Shown here: positions 40,283 to 53,624 of the stretch, in pieces
How positions within the stretch are numbered: the first letter of the stretch is position 1
How the letters are laid out: every line of letters starts with the position of its first letter
Assembly: GCA_002269645.1 (NCBI GenBank)
Contig: NIVC01000667.1
Location: forward strand, 420,703-484,702
DNA length: 64,000 nucleotides
Source: Macrostomum lignano
Taxonomy: Eukaryota
Reading direction: 5' to 3'
Made by a program: the position numbers and the translations under genes
Notes under the pieces: model-generated
Database searches by the model: none
Seen by the model: only the letters and a program-made list of their open reading frames with translations
Told to the model about the DNA's origin: nothing

Positions 40283-42551
40283 CTATAATTAGAAATAATT
40301 TTGAAAGATTTGAATCGACTCCGAGAGTGAGCACCTACAAGTTCTTTTTTCACCCTAAACAGCTATTTTTCTCTGTAGAAATTGCAGTCGGCTCCTTTGA
40401 TGTTTTGCTGCCTTGACAGTCATATATTTGTAGCCCATGTACACCCCACTCCGTTATCTTATTGGCTCTTGCAGATATTAAATACTGTTTACAATAATTT
40501 TTTCACCCACTATCCTGTCTATACTTACGGCTACTGTTAGTAGTCTGTTACGTTGCAAGTGAAATGCATTGTATTTCTTTGCAAGAATACATAAAATTAG
40601 CCTTACATACAAAAAAGCCAAAACAAAGGACAAAAGGTGAAAGTTCAAGGTCCAAAGACCAATTGAGCGAAATGGTACATGTAAGCTAGGGTCACGCGGA
40701 TTCTGCGTCATGCCAGCACTGTCGCAGGAGCACTGACGTATCAGCCTATCACCTGGGCTGAGCCCCCCCCCATACATGTATGGGGTATGGGCCCTGTCAC
40801 TCCTCAAAAGGTGCAGTGCTTTGGTAGACAGCAGCAGCTGGCTGAGCGGGTTATGAGAAAACAGTTCATATAGGTAAGAATTCCGCGCCATACAATTCCA
40901 CCAGCTGATATAGTTTCTTTGCTATTTCAGCGAATAAACCGACAAAGCTTTGCACTGCTTTTAGCTTACATATATATAGTATACGTACATGTAGCTGTAG
41001 GCATAATGCAGGGTTCATAATCAACAAATTAACCTTAACCTGGATAGCGGATTCAAGTAGAATATTTGACCAGTTGCGTTAAAATGAGTCATATTAGTCA
41101 TATTAGTGCATATATGGTATTTTGTGTATTAAGTATATCCTATTTAGTGATAACAAGTCATATTTGCGATTGCGAAATTGTCTTGTGTTTGCTTAAACTG
41201 CTTTCTAGGAATGTTGTAAAAATTCAAAATAATGAAAATCAGCGGGTTTTAACGCCCGTTTCCCGTTATAATAATAATAATGATGATGATGATAATAGGG
41301 CCTTTTCATATTGCTTGTTGTGGTTCCAGAACCAGATCCAATTTGTAAAGTATTACTTTTTGTCTCCTACACTAGAGGGATAGACAAGCTATAATGTTGT
41401 AATTATTGAATGGCAATGGCCAAGAACAATGTGAAAAATTGTGCAAAGTAAGGCTGCTGGCTGTTAATTAAGGCAGTTAGGCACTAGGTAGTCACTCAAA
41501 CATTTAACAAAGTTACATAGATAGATAGTTATACTGCTTTTTTGGAAGATCCGAATGGATTCTGGTTCTGAAATTGGTAATGTGAAAAGCCTCATGACAT
41601 AATAATAGGCATTAACAAACATTGAGTAGGCCTAAGATAAATATTATTATTTTAAAAAATAAAATAAGTAGGCCTAATCCTAGGATTCCTAGACTGTGCT
41701 GTACATCATTTGTCGAGGATATTTTAATGGCTCCAGCCAAAGTCATCATATTCAAGATTGTCATATCATCCATCCATCTATATGCAGGTTGCAAGAAAAA
41801 CAACTCAAGTCTAAGTCTAAATCATCTAAATCATCAATGTCTCAGCAATGGCAACACAGTTTCTCTAGTTAGGGGGGGGCAGGGGGCAGTAGTAGTTAGG
41901 TGGTCACCCCCCATCCTCTAAGGTAGATGGTCACCCTTCTAAGAAAGTAAAAAAATATGAGTGGTCGAGTGGACAAGCGTGGTACCTGTGGTTTTAGGCT
42001 ACTGGTTCAGTTTTGCTGCTATTTCTATTATCATGTACTTTTAATTTGGTAGGTTGCTGCCACCAGACTAATGTCCCTTATAGTTAATGTTAAATTAAAA
42101 TAAGTGAAACAAGAGTCAATGTTATGTAAGGTTATTAGAACACACAAAGAAGGTATTATTTAACACCAAATATGCAAAGAGTAAAGTTCACACTATTAGT
42201 TCCCTATGTTAACAATTCGGTAGACTCCGATTCTTAATTAGACTAATGGTAGACTCCCTTAGTCTTTCCCTATTTTATCTAACTGACTATACTTAATATT
42301 CCTATTCTCGGTAGACTCCGTTTTGACTAAGTGGTAGACTCCTTCTTAGCCTCCCTATTTTACCCTGGACTTACCCTTTAATTTCCTTTATGTTTTCAGA
42401 ATTTTAGTATTTTTATCTTTCATACAAGGGGAGACTCCCTTATATTTGAGTTTGTGCTTTGAGACTTAGTCTCTGAAATATTGTCCTAATGGACGGCCTT
42501 GCATGGGGATGCTTTAGACTGATTGTCCCACACGGGATGCTTTTCCCGAGG

Positions 42552-43387
42552 ACTATGACTATGACTATGATAAGTGCTTCCGGCGCCTCAGCCTAAGTAA
42601 AAAGGCTCTTACGCCACTAGAGATAAATAAGTTCCAGAATGGGAGTGTACTAATGTACACTAAAAGCCAAATTAGACTATAGAGGACTGTACAGGGCAGT
42701 ATCAGAAAAACCAAACCTCCCCGGGGGACAATGACAGCAGTTCGACGAACCAGTCAGGAAGCCCGTGCCCAAAAAACCAGGTTAGAAGGCCCCAAAGCCT
42801 ATTAGAGATGGCCCGAAGGCCTAGAGCCGTGGCAACCATGCTGGGGCCGACCACCCACCACCCCCGGGTACAAATCAAAAACCTCCCCGGGGCCAGAGGG
42901 GGTTGAGTGAACCATTCAGGGAAGCCCATGCCTACTCCTGGGTTAGTTAAGCCAATGCCGGTCATTTGACCGCTCCCCACGGCCGTGGCAACCCGAAGGA
43001 GCCTCCCCCCCCAACTAAGCCCCGGGTACTCTTGCCAACAGACAGTCTCTTATCTTTGAAGCGGCAGGAGGGCTAATCGCCGGGACTGTTTCACCCTTTG
43101 CTTTGCCAACCCGCCATTTCTATTGTGACCGTGCCAATGGTCCCGTCCTGCTCAGACTCAGTCCTGGTTCTGGCACACTCTAGCTTAAATAGGGGGCTGT
43201 ACGCTCAGAGGGCGCCTGAGGGATACCGTCAGAGCACCTTGGTACAGGTATAGGCCTGCCTTCCTATACAGCTACCCACAGCCTCTCCCGATCCACTATT
43301 ACCCTCCAACCCAGCCTACTCACTCATTACAAGCTTTCAGCCAGGCAGAGACAAGTTTCACAGAAGTGACTGCGGTTAGGCGTCTCT
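42552..43387 (-). mobile_element. Non-LTR retrotransposon 3' fragment with (CATAGT)n tail and 15-bp TSD, copy 1
   Basis: ATGCTTTTCCCGAGG at 42537-42551 and 43388-43402. Tail reads (GACTAT)3 on +. 3' end shared with 18277-18678. Confidence 0.8.
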
Positions 43388-45238
43388 ATGCTTTTCCCGA
43401 GGCTAAACAGCCTTTTACTAATAGAGGAACCTGCTAGTACTCGAATTCCCACAACTTCAGATATTTCCCGAGGGTGAACTACTAACAGTAGCGTAAAAGC
43501 AAAACTGCTTATTCTAGAATTCATGCTAATAAAATAATTCATCCTGACGAATGGCAAACGCTTTAGCAAAACTGCTTGAAACTAAACCCCCTACTACATG
43601 AGCAAATTATGATATACTTCTTACAAAATGAATAGGCCTATACAACATGAAATTTCTTATAAAAATCCATTTTTAATCATTGATGCAAGTTGCATAAAAA
43701 GGGGTGACTATCTGCCCTCCCTTCCTAGGGTCTTTTTGAGGGCTGTGGGGATGGTGGGCCAGTCACTCCCCTTGAAGCAGTGACTTATGGTTACCCTAGG
43801 CCTAGGGCAGCTGCCCCCTGGCCCCCCTATCCCTCCCCTTATGCTGCCACTGCTATCTCAGCATTGGACAATGCTACATTTACTAGGCTGAGGCCTAGGT
43901 CTAAATAATCATTATGTTCCATTGGCTATACAAGGATCTTGGCTTTTATAGCTACAACATGCCAACATGACTATATCATGTCATGAGATTGTTTGCCAAC
44001 AAAAAATTTCTAACTTTAAATTATTTTCATAGGCCTAGGCATACTATTGCCTATTGGCTTAAAAGATATTCAAATGTTAAAGTCCTGCAGGTTGGCCATG
44101 TTTTATCATCAAATGACAATTTAGAATATGACTATTTTGAATCTTTTTTTTGTTTATACCCATTTTAATATCCTTATATAGGCCCCTAGTATTAAGTTTT
44201 CTATTATTTTGGGCAATCCTTCTGTAGGCCTACCCCCTATAAATTCTAAAAAGGCCTTTTCAAACTAAAATAAAATATTTTAATTAAAGTAAAGTTAGAG
44301 TAGGCCTACTGTCTACAATCTAAGCTAAGGACTAAGCCTACTCTAACTCAAGTCAAGTAGTTAAGACAAATAAGTAAGCATCTAGGCCTAATCCTTGGTA
44401 CAATCTTTTACCCTAGGCCTAAAATTATATAGGCCTAAGGATCATCTAGTCTATTTCAACAAAAGCTAAACTTAAATTTCTTGTGATTTAGCAAATATGA
44501 CCTTTAGCAATTTAGGATCTGGAGGGTCTAGCAGCACCCACTGAAGGATCTGGAGGGTCTAGCGGCACCCACTGAAGGATCTGGAGGGTGTAGCGGCACC
44601 CACTGAAGGATCTTGAGGGTCTAGCAGCACCCACTGAAGGATCTGGAGGGTCTAGCAGCACCCAATGAAGGATCTGGAGGGTCTAGCAGCACCCACTGAA
44701 GGATCTTGAGGGTCTAGCAGCACCCACTGAAGGATCTGGAGGGTCTAGCAGCACCCACTGAAGGATCTGGAGGGTGTAGCAGCACCCACTGAAGGATCTG
44801 GAGGGTCTAGCAGCACCCAATGAAGGATCTGGAGGGTGTAGCAGCACCCATTGAAGGATCTGGAGGGTCTAGCAGCACCCACTGAAGGATCTGGAGGGTC
44901 TAGCGGCACCCACTGAAGGATCTGGAGGGTGTAGCGGCACCCACTGAAGGATCTGGAGGGTGTAGCGGCACCCACTGAAGATCTGGAGGGTCTAGCAGCA
45001 CCCACTGAAGGATCTGGAGGGTGTAGCAGCACCCACTGAAGGATCTGGAGGGTGTAGCAGCACCCACTGAAGGATCTGGAGGGTGTAGCAGCACCCACTG
45101 AAGGATCTGGAGGGTGTAGCAGCACCCACTGAAGGATCTGGAGGGTGTAGCAGCACCCACTGAAGGATCTGGTGAGGTTTATACACGGTTTATGAAAATA
45201 ACGTACATATGCTTAAAGCACAGAGAACTGTCAATTAC

Positions 45239-45397
45239 CTTGACTGCTAACATGAATCACTGCTGTCGAGTTTTCATTATCGTTTTGATCGCCAGAAGTC
45301 AGCGCTAGATTTCCGTTGTCAATCAACTCCTTCCAGCTTGCTGGCTGCTGTGACAGAGCAGGCGGCATAATTTTAAGGAAATGGAAATTATCTCTGA
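45239..45397 (-). CDS. Putative upstream exon, copy 2
   Basis: Same translation and splice signals as 40124-40282. Confidence 0.35.
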
Positions 45398-47664
45398 CTA
45401 TAATTAGAAATAATTTTGAAAGATTTGAATCGACTCCGAGAGTGAGCACCTACAAGTTCTTTTTTCACCCTAAACAGCTATTTTTCTCTGTAGAAATTGC
45501 AGTCGGCTCCTTTGATGTTTTGCTGCCTTGACAGTCATATATTTGTAGCCCATGTACACCCCACTCCGTTATCTTATTGGCTCTTGCAGATATTAAATAC
45601 TGTTTACAATAATTTTTTCACCCACTATCCTGTCTATACTTACGGCTACTGTTAGTAGTCTGTTACGTTGCAAGTGAAATGCATTGTATTTCTTTGCAAG
45701 AATACATAAAATTAGCCTTACATACAAAAAAGCCAAAACAAAGGACAAAAGGTGAAAGTTCAAGGTCCAAAGACCAATTGAGCGAAATGGTACATGTAAG
45801 CTAGGGTCACGCGGATTCTGCGTCATGCCAGCACTGTCGCAGGAGCACTGACGTATCAGCCTATCACCTGGGCTGAGCCCCCCCCCCATACATGTATGGG
45901 GTATGGGCCCTGTCACTCCTCAAAAGGTGCAGTGCTTTGGTAGACAGCAGCAGCTGGCTGAGCGGGTTATGAGAAAACAGTTCATATAGGTAAGAATTCC
46001 GCGCCATACAATTCCACCAGCTGATATAGTTTCTTTGCTATTTCAGCGAATAAACCGACAAAGCTTTGCACTGCTTTTAGCTTACATATATATAGTATAC
46101 GTACATGTAGCTGTAGGCATAATGCAGGGTTCATAATCAACAAATTAACCTTAACCTGGATAGCGGATTCAAGTAGAATATTTGACCAGTTGCGTTAAAA
46201 TGAGTCATATTAGTCATATTAGTGCATATATGGTATTTTGTGTATTAAGTATATCCTATTTAGTGATAACAAGTCATATTTGCGATTGCGAAATTGTCTT
46301 GTGTTTGCTTAAACTGCTTTCTAGGAATGTTGTAAAAATTCAAAATAATGAAAATCAGCGGGTTTTAACGCCCGTTTCCCGTTATAATAATAATAATGAT
46401 GATGATGATAATAGGGCCTTTTCATATTGCTTGTTGTGGTTCCAGAACCAGATCCAATTTGTAAAGTATTACTTTTTGTCTCCTACACTAGAGGGATAGA
46501 CAAGCTATAATGTTGTAATTATTGAATGGCAATGGCCAAGAACAATGTGAAAAATTGTGCAAAGTAAGGCTGCTGGCTGTTAATTAAGGCAGTTAGGCAC
46601 TAGGTAGTCACTCAAACATTTAACAAAGTTACATAGATAGATAGTTATACTGCTTTTTTGGAAGATCCGAATGGATTCTGGTTCTGAAATTGGTAATGTG
46701 AAAAGCCTCATGACATAATAGGCATTAACAAACATTGAGTAGGCCTAAGATAAATATTATTATTTTAAAAAATAAAATAAGTAGGCCTAATCCTAGGATT
46801 CCTAGACTGTGCTGTACATCATTTGTCGAGGATATTTTAATGGCTCCAGCCAAAGTCATCATATTCAAGATTGTCATATCATCCATCCATCTATATGCAG
46901 GTTGCAAGAAAAACAACTCAAGTCTAAGTCTAAATCATCTAAATCATCAATGTCTCAGCAATGGCAACACAGTTTCTCTAGTTAGGGGGGGGCAGGGGGC
47001 AGTAGTAGTTAGGTGGTCACCCCCCATCCTCTAAGGTAGATGGTCACCCTTCTAAGAAAGTAAAAAAATATGAGTGGTCGAGTGGACAAGCGTGGTACCT
47101 GTGGTTTTAGGCTACTGGTTCAGTTTTGCTGCTATTTCTATTATCATGTACTTTTAATTTGGTAGGTTGCTGCCACCAGACTAATGTCCCTTATAGTTAA
47201 TGTTAAATTAAAATAAGTGAAACAAGAGTCAATGTTATGTAAGGTTATTAGAACACACAAAGAAGGTATTATTTAACACCAAATATGCAAAGAGTAAAGT
47301 TCACACTATTAGTTCCCTATGTTAACAATTCGGTAGACTCCGATTCTTAATTAGACTAATGGTAGACTCCCTTAGTCTTTCCCTATTTTATCTAACTGAC
47401 TATACTTAATATTCCTATTCTCGGTAGACTCCGTTTTGACTAAGTGGTAGACTCCTTCTTAGCCTCCCTATTTTACCCTGGACTTACCCTTTAATTTCCT
47501 TTATGTTTTCAGAATTTTAGTATTTTTATCTTTCATACAAGGGGAGACTCCCTTATATTTGAGTTTGTGCTTTGAGACTTAGTCTCTGAAATATTGTCCT
47601 AATGGACGGCCTTGCATGGGGATGCTTTAGACTGATTGTCCCACACGGGATGCTTTTCCCGAGG

Positions 47665-48506
47665 ACTATGACTATGACTATGATAAGTGCTTCCGGCGCC
47701 TCAGCCTAAGTAAAAAGGCTCTTACGCCACTAGAGATAAATAAGTTCCAGAATGGGAGTGTACTAATGTACACTAAAAGCCAAATTAGACTATAGAGGAC
47801 TGTACAGGGCAGTATCAGAAAAACCAAACCTCCCCGGGGGACAATGACAGCAGTTTGACGAACCAGTCAGGAAGCCCGTGCCCAAAAAAACCAGGTTAGA
47901 AGGCCCCCAAAGCCTATTAGAGATGGCCCGAAGGCCTAGAGCCGTGGCAACCATGCTGGGGCCGACCACCCACCACCCCCGGGTACAAATCAAAAACCTC
48001 CCCGGGGCCAGAGGGGGTTGAGTGAACCATTCAGGGAAGCCCATGCCTACTCCTGGGTTAGTTAAGCCAATGCCGGTCATTTGACCGCTCCCCACGGCCG
48101 TGGCAACCCGAAGGAGCCTCCCCCCCAACTAAGCCCCGGGTACTCTTGCCAACAGACAGTCTCTTATCTTTGAAGCGGCAGGAGGGCTAATCGCCGGGAC
48201 TGTTTCACCCTTTGCTTTGCCAACCCGCCATTTCTATTGTGACCGTGCCAATGGTCCCGTCCTGCTCAGACTCAGTCCTGGTTCTGGCACACTCTAGCTT
48301 AAATAGGGTCGCTGGCTGTACGCTCAGAGGGCGCCTGAGGGATACCGTCAGAGCACCTTGGTACAGGTATAGGCCTGCCTTCCTATACAGCTACCCACAG
48401 CCTCTCCCGATCCACTATTACCCTCCAACCCAGCCTACTCACTCATTACAAGCTTTCAGCCAGGCAGAGACAAGTTTCACAGAAGTGACTGCGGTTAGGC
48501 GTCTCT
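47665..48506 (-). mobile_element. Same retrotransposon fragment, copy 2 (from the segmental triplication)
   Basis: TSD at 47650-47664 and 48507-48521. Confidence 0.8.
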
Positions 48507-50358
48507 ATGCTTTTCCCGAGGCTAAACAGCCTTTTACTAATAGAGGAACCTGCTAGTACTCGAATTCCCACAACTTCAGATATTTCGCCGAGGGTGAACT
48601 ACTAACAGTAGCGTAAAAGCAAAACTGCTTATTCTAGAATTCATGCTAATAAAATAATTCATCCTGACGAATGGCAAACGCTTTAGCAAAACTGCTTGAA
48701 ACTAAACCCCCTACTACATGAGCAAATTATGATATACTTCTTACAAAATGAATAGGCCTATACAACATGAAATTTCTTATAAAAATCCATTTTTAATCAT
48801 TGATGCAAGTTGCATAAAAAGGGGTGACTATCTGCCCTCCCTTCCTAGGGTCTTTTTGAGGGCTGTGGGGATGGTGGGCCAGTCACTCCCCTTGAAGCAG
48901 TGACTTATGGTTACCCTAGGCCTAGGGCAGCTGCCCCCTGGCCCCCCTATCCCTCCCCTTATGCTGCCACTGCTATCTCAGCATTGGACAATGCTACATT
49001 TACTAGGCTGAGGCCTAGGTCTAAATAATCATTATGTTCCATTGGCTATACAAGGATCTTGGCTTTTATAGCTACAACATGCCAACATGACTATATCATG
49101 TCATGAGATTGTTTGCCAACAAAAAATTTCTAACTTTAAATTATTTTCATAGGCCTAGGCATACTATTGCCTATTGGCTTAAAAGATATTCAAATGTTAA
49201 AGTCCTGCAGGTTGGCCATGTTTTATCATCAAATGACAATTTAGAATATGACTATTTTGAATCTTTTTTTTGTTTATACCCATTTTAATATCCTTATATA
49301 GGCCCCTAGTATTAAGTTTTCTATTATTTTGGGCAATCCTTCTGTAGGCCTACCCCCTATAAATTCTAAAAAGGCCTTTTCAAACTAAAATAAAATATTT
49401 TAATTAAAGTAAAGTTAGAGTAGGCCTACTGTCTACAATCTAAGCTAAGGACTAAGCCTACTCTAACTCAAGTCAAGTAGTTAAGACAAATAAGTAAGCA
49501 TCTAGGCCTAATCCTTGGTACAATCTTTTACCCTAGGCCTAAAATTATATAGGCCTAAGGATCATCTAGTCTATTTCAACAAAAGCTAAACTTAAATTTC
49601 TTGTGATTTAGCAAATATGACCTTTAGCAATTTAGGATCTGGAGGGTCTAGCAGCACCCACTGAAGGATCTGGAGGGTCTAGCGGCACCCACTGAAGGAT
49701 CTGGAGGGTGTAGCGGCACCCACTGAAGGATCTTGAGGGTCTAGCAGCACCCACTGAAGGATCTGGAGGGTCTAGCAGCACCCAATGAAGGATCTGGAGG
49801 GTCTAGCAGCACCCACTGAAGGATCTTGAGGGTCTAGCAGCACCCACTGAAGGATCTGGAGGGTCTAGCAGCACCCACTGAAGGATCTGGAGGGTGTAGC
49901 AGCACCCACTGAAGGATCTGGAGGGTCTAGCAGCACCCAATGAAGGATCTGGAGGGTGTAGCAGCACCCATTGAAGGATCTGGAGGGTGTAGCGGCAGCT
50001 ACTGAAGGATCTGGAGGGTGTAGCGGCACTCACTGAAGGATCTGGAAGGTGTAGCAGCACCCACTGAAGGATCTGGAGGGTGTAGCGGCACCCACTGAAG
50101 ATCTGGAGGGTCTAGCAGCACCCACTGAAGGATCTGGAGGGTGTAGCAGCACCCACTGAAGGATCTGGAGGGTGTAGCAGCACCCACTGAAGGATCTGGA
50201 GGGTGTAGCAGCACCCACTGAAGGATCTGGAGGGTGTAGCAGCACCCACTGAAGGATCTGGAGGGTGTAGCAGCACCCACTGAAGGATCTGGTGAGGTTT
50301 ATACACGGTTTATGAAAATAACGTACATATGCTTAAAGCACAGAGAACTGTCAATTAC

Positions 50359-50517
50359 CTTGACTGCTAACATGAATCACTGCTGTCGAGTTTTCATTAT
50401 CGTTTTGATCGCCAGAAGTCAGCGCTAGATTTCCGTTGTCAATCAACTCCTTCCAGCTTGCTGGCTGCTGTGACAGAGCAGGCGGCATAATTTTAAGGAA
50501 ATGGAAATTATCTCTGA
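50359..50517 (-). CDS. Putative upstream exon, copy 3
   Basis: Same translation and splice signals as 40124-40282. Confidence 0.35.
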
Positions 50518-52784
50518 CTATAATTAGAAATAATTTTGAAAGATTTGAATCGACTCCGAGAGTGAGCACCTACAAGTTCTTTTTTCACCCTAAACAGCTA
50601 TTTTTCTCTGTAGAAATTGCAGTCGGCTCCTTTGATGTTTTGCTGCCTTGACAGTCATATATTTGTAGCCCATGTACACCCCACTCCGTTATCTTATTGG
50701 CTCTTGCAGATATTAAATACTGTTTACAATAATTTTTTCACCCACTATCCTGTCTATACTTACGGCTACTGTTAGTAGTCTGTTACGTTGCAAGTGAAAT
50801 GCATTGTATTTCTTTGCAAGAATACATAAAATTAGCCTTACATACAAAAAAGCCAAAACAAAGGACAAAAGGTGAAAGTTCAAGGTCCAAAGACCAATTG
50901 AGCGAAATGGTACATGTAAGCTAGGGTCACGCGGATTCTGCGTCATGCCAGCACTGTCGCAGGAGCACTGACGTATCAGCCTATCACCTGGGCTGAGCCC
51001 CCCCCCCATACATGTATGGGGTATGGGCCCTGTCACTCCTCAAAAGGTGCAGTGCTTTGGTAGACAGCAGCAGCTGGCTGAGCGGGTTATGAGAAAACAG
51101 TTCATATAGGTAAGAATTCCGCGCCATACAATTCCACCAGCTGATATAGTTTCTTTGCTATTTCAGCAAATAAACCGACAAAGCTTTGCACTGCTTTTAG
51201 CTTACATATATATAGTATACGTACATGTAGCTGTAGGCATAATGCAGGGTTCATAATCAACAAATTAACCTTAACCTGGATAGCGGATTCAAGTAGAATA
51301 TTTGACCAGTTGCGTTAAAATGAGTCATATTAGTCATATTAGTGCATATATGGTATTTTGTGTATTAAGTATATCCTATTTAGTGATAACAAGTCATATT
51401 TGCGATTGCGAAATTGTCTTGTGTTTGCTTAAACTGCTTTCTAGGAATGTTGTAAAAATTCAAAATAATGAAAATCAGCGGGTTTTAACGCCCGTTTCCC
51501 GTTATAATAATAATAATGATGATGATGATAATAGGGCCTTTTCATATTGCTTGTTGTGGTTCCAGAACCAGATCCAATTTGTAAAGTATTACTTTTTGTC
51601 TCCTACACTAGAGGGATAGACAAGCTATAATGTTGTAATTATTGAATGGCAATGGCCAAGAACAATGTGAAAAATTGTGCAAAGTAAGGCTGCTGGCTGT
51701 TAATTAAGGCAGTTAGGCACTAGGTAGTCACTCAAACATTTAACAAAGTTACATAGATAGATAGTTATACTGCTTTTTTGGAAGATCCGAATGGATTCTG
51801 GTTCTGAAATTGGTAATGTGAAAAGCCTCATGACATAATAGGCATTAACAAACATTGAGTAGGCCTAAGATAAATATTATTATTTTAAAAAATAAAATAA
51901 GTAGGCCTAATCCTAGGATTCCTAGACTGTGCTGTACATCATTTGTCGAGGATATTTTAATGGCTCCAGCCAAAGTCATCATATTCAAGATTGTCATATC
52001 ATCCATCCATCTATATGCAGGTTGCAAGAAAAACAACTCAAGTCTAAGTCTAAATCATCTAAATCATCAATGTCTCAGCAATGGCAACACAGTTTCTCTA
52101 GTTAGGGGGGGGCAGGGGGCAGTAGTAGTTAGGTGGTCACCCCCCATCCTCTAAGGTAGATGGTCACCCTTCTAAGAAAGTAAAAAAATATGAGTGGTCG
52201 AGTGGACAAGCGTGGTACCTGTGGTTTTAGGCTACTGGTTCAGTTTTGCTGCTATTTCTATTATCATGTACTTTTAATTTGGTAGGTTGCTGCCACCAGA
52301 CTAATGTCCCTTATAGTTAATGTTAAATTAAAATAAGTGAAACAAGAGTCAATGTTATGTAAGGTTATTAGAACACACAAAGAAGGTATTATTTAACACC
52401 AAATATGCAAAGAGTAAAGTTCACACTATTAGTTCCCTATGTTAACAATTCGGTAGACTCCGATTCTTAATTAGACTAATGGTAGACTCCCTTAGTCTTT
52501 CCCTATTTTATCTAACTGACTATACTTAATATTCCTATTCTCGGTAGACTCCGTTTTGACTAAGTGGTAGACTCCTTCTTAGCCTCCCTATTTTACCCTG
52601 GACTTACCCTTTAATTTCCTTTATGTTTTCAGAATTTTAGTATTTTTATCTTTCATACAAGGGGAGACTCCCTTATATTTGAGTTTGTGCTTTGAGACTT
52701 AGTCTCTGAAATATTGTCCTAATGGACGGCCTTGCATGGGGATGCTTTAGACTGATTGTCCCACACGGGATGCTTTTCCCGAGG

Positions 52785-53624
52785 ACTATGACTATGACTA
52801 TGATAAGTGCTTCCGGCGCCTCAGCCTAAGTAAAAAGGCTCTTACGCCACTAGAGATAAATAAGTTCCAGAATGGGAGTGTACTAATGTACACTAAAAGC
52901 CAAATTAGACTATAGAGGACTGTACAGGGCAGTATCAGAAAAACCAAACCTCCCCGGGGGACAATGACAGCAGTTCGACGAACCAGTCAGGAAGCCCGTG
53001 CCCAAAAAACCAGGTTAGAAGGCCCCAAAGCCTATTAGAGATGGCCCGAAGGCCTAGAGCCGTGGCAACCATGCTGGGGCCGACCACCCACCACCCCCGG
53101 GTACAAATCAAAAACCTCCCCGGGGCCAGAGGGGGTTGAGTGAACCATTCAGGGAAGCCCATGCCTACTCCTGGGTTAGTTAAGCCAATGCCGGTCATTT
53201 GACCGCTCCCCACGGCCGTGGCAACCCAAAGGAGCCTCCCCCCCAACTAAGCCCCGGGTACTCTTGCCAACAGACAGTCTCTTATCTTTGAAGCGGCAGG
53301 AGGGCTAATCGCCGGGACTGTTTCACCCTTTGCTTTGCCAACCCGCCATTTCTATTGTGACCGTGCCAATGGTCCCGTCCTGCTCAGACTCAGTCCTGGT
53401 TCTGGCACACTCTAGCTTAAATAGGGTCGCTGGCTGTACGCTCAGAGGGCGCCTGAGGGATACCGTCAGAGCACCTTGGTACAGGTATAGGCCTGCCTTC
53501 CTATACAGCTACCCACAGCCTCTCCCGATCCACTATTACCCTCCAACCCAGCCTACTCACTCATTACAAGCTTTCAGCCAGGCAGAGACAAGTTTCACAG
53601 AAGTGACTGCGGTTAGGCGTCTCT
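52785..53624 (-). mobile_element. Same retrotransposon fragment, copy 3 (from the segmental triplication)
   Basis: TSD at 52770-52784 and 53625-53639. Confidence 0.8.

Noticed and set aside
40586-40873. Possible plus-strand mini-exons 40586-40680 and 40811-40873 (YIKLALHTKKPKQRTK...VQCFGRQQ...)
   Set aside because: Splice-like sites are plausible but there is no start exon or recognisable domain, so support is insufficient.
42951-42963. GCCAATGCCGGTC resembling part of the rice twister ribozyme
   Set aside because: The required AAGCCC loop and GAG elements are not in place, and the string is not conserved in the homologous module at 18320-18457.
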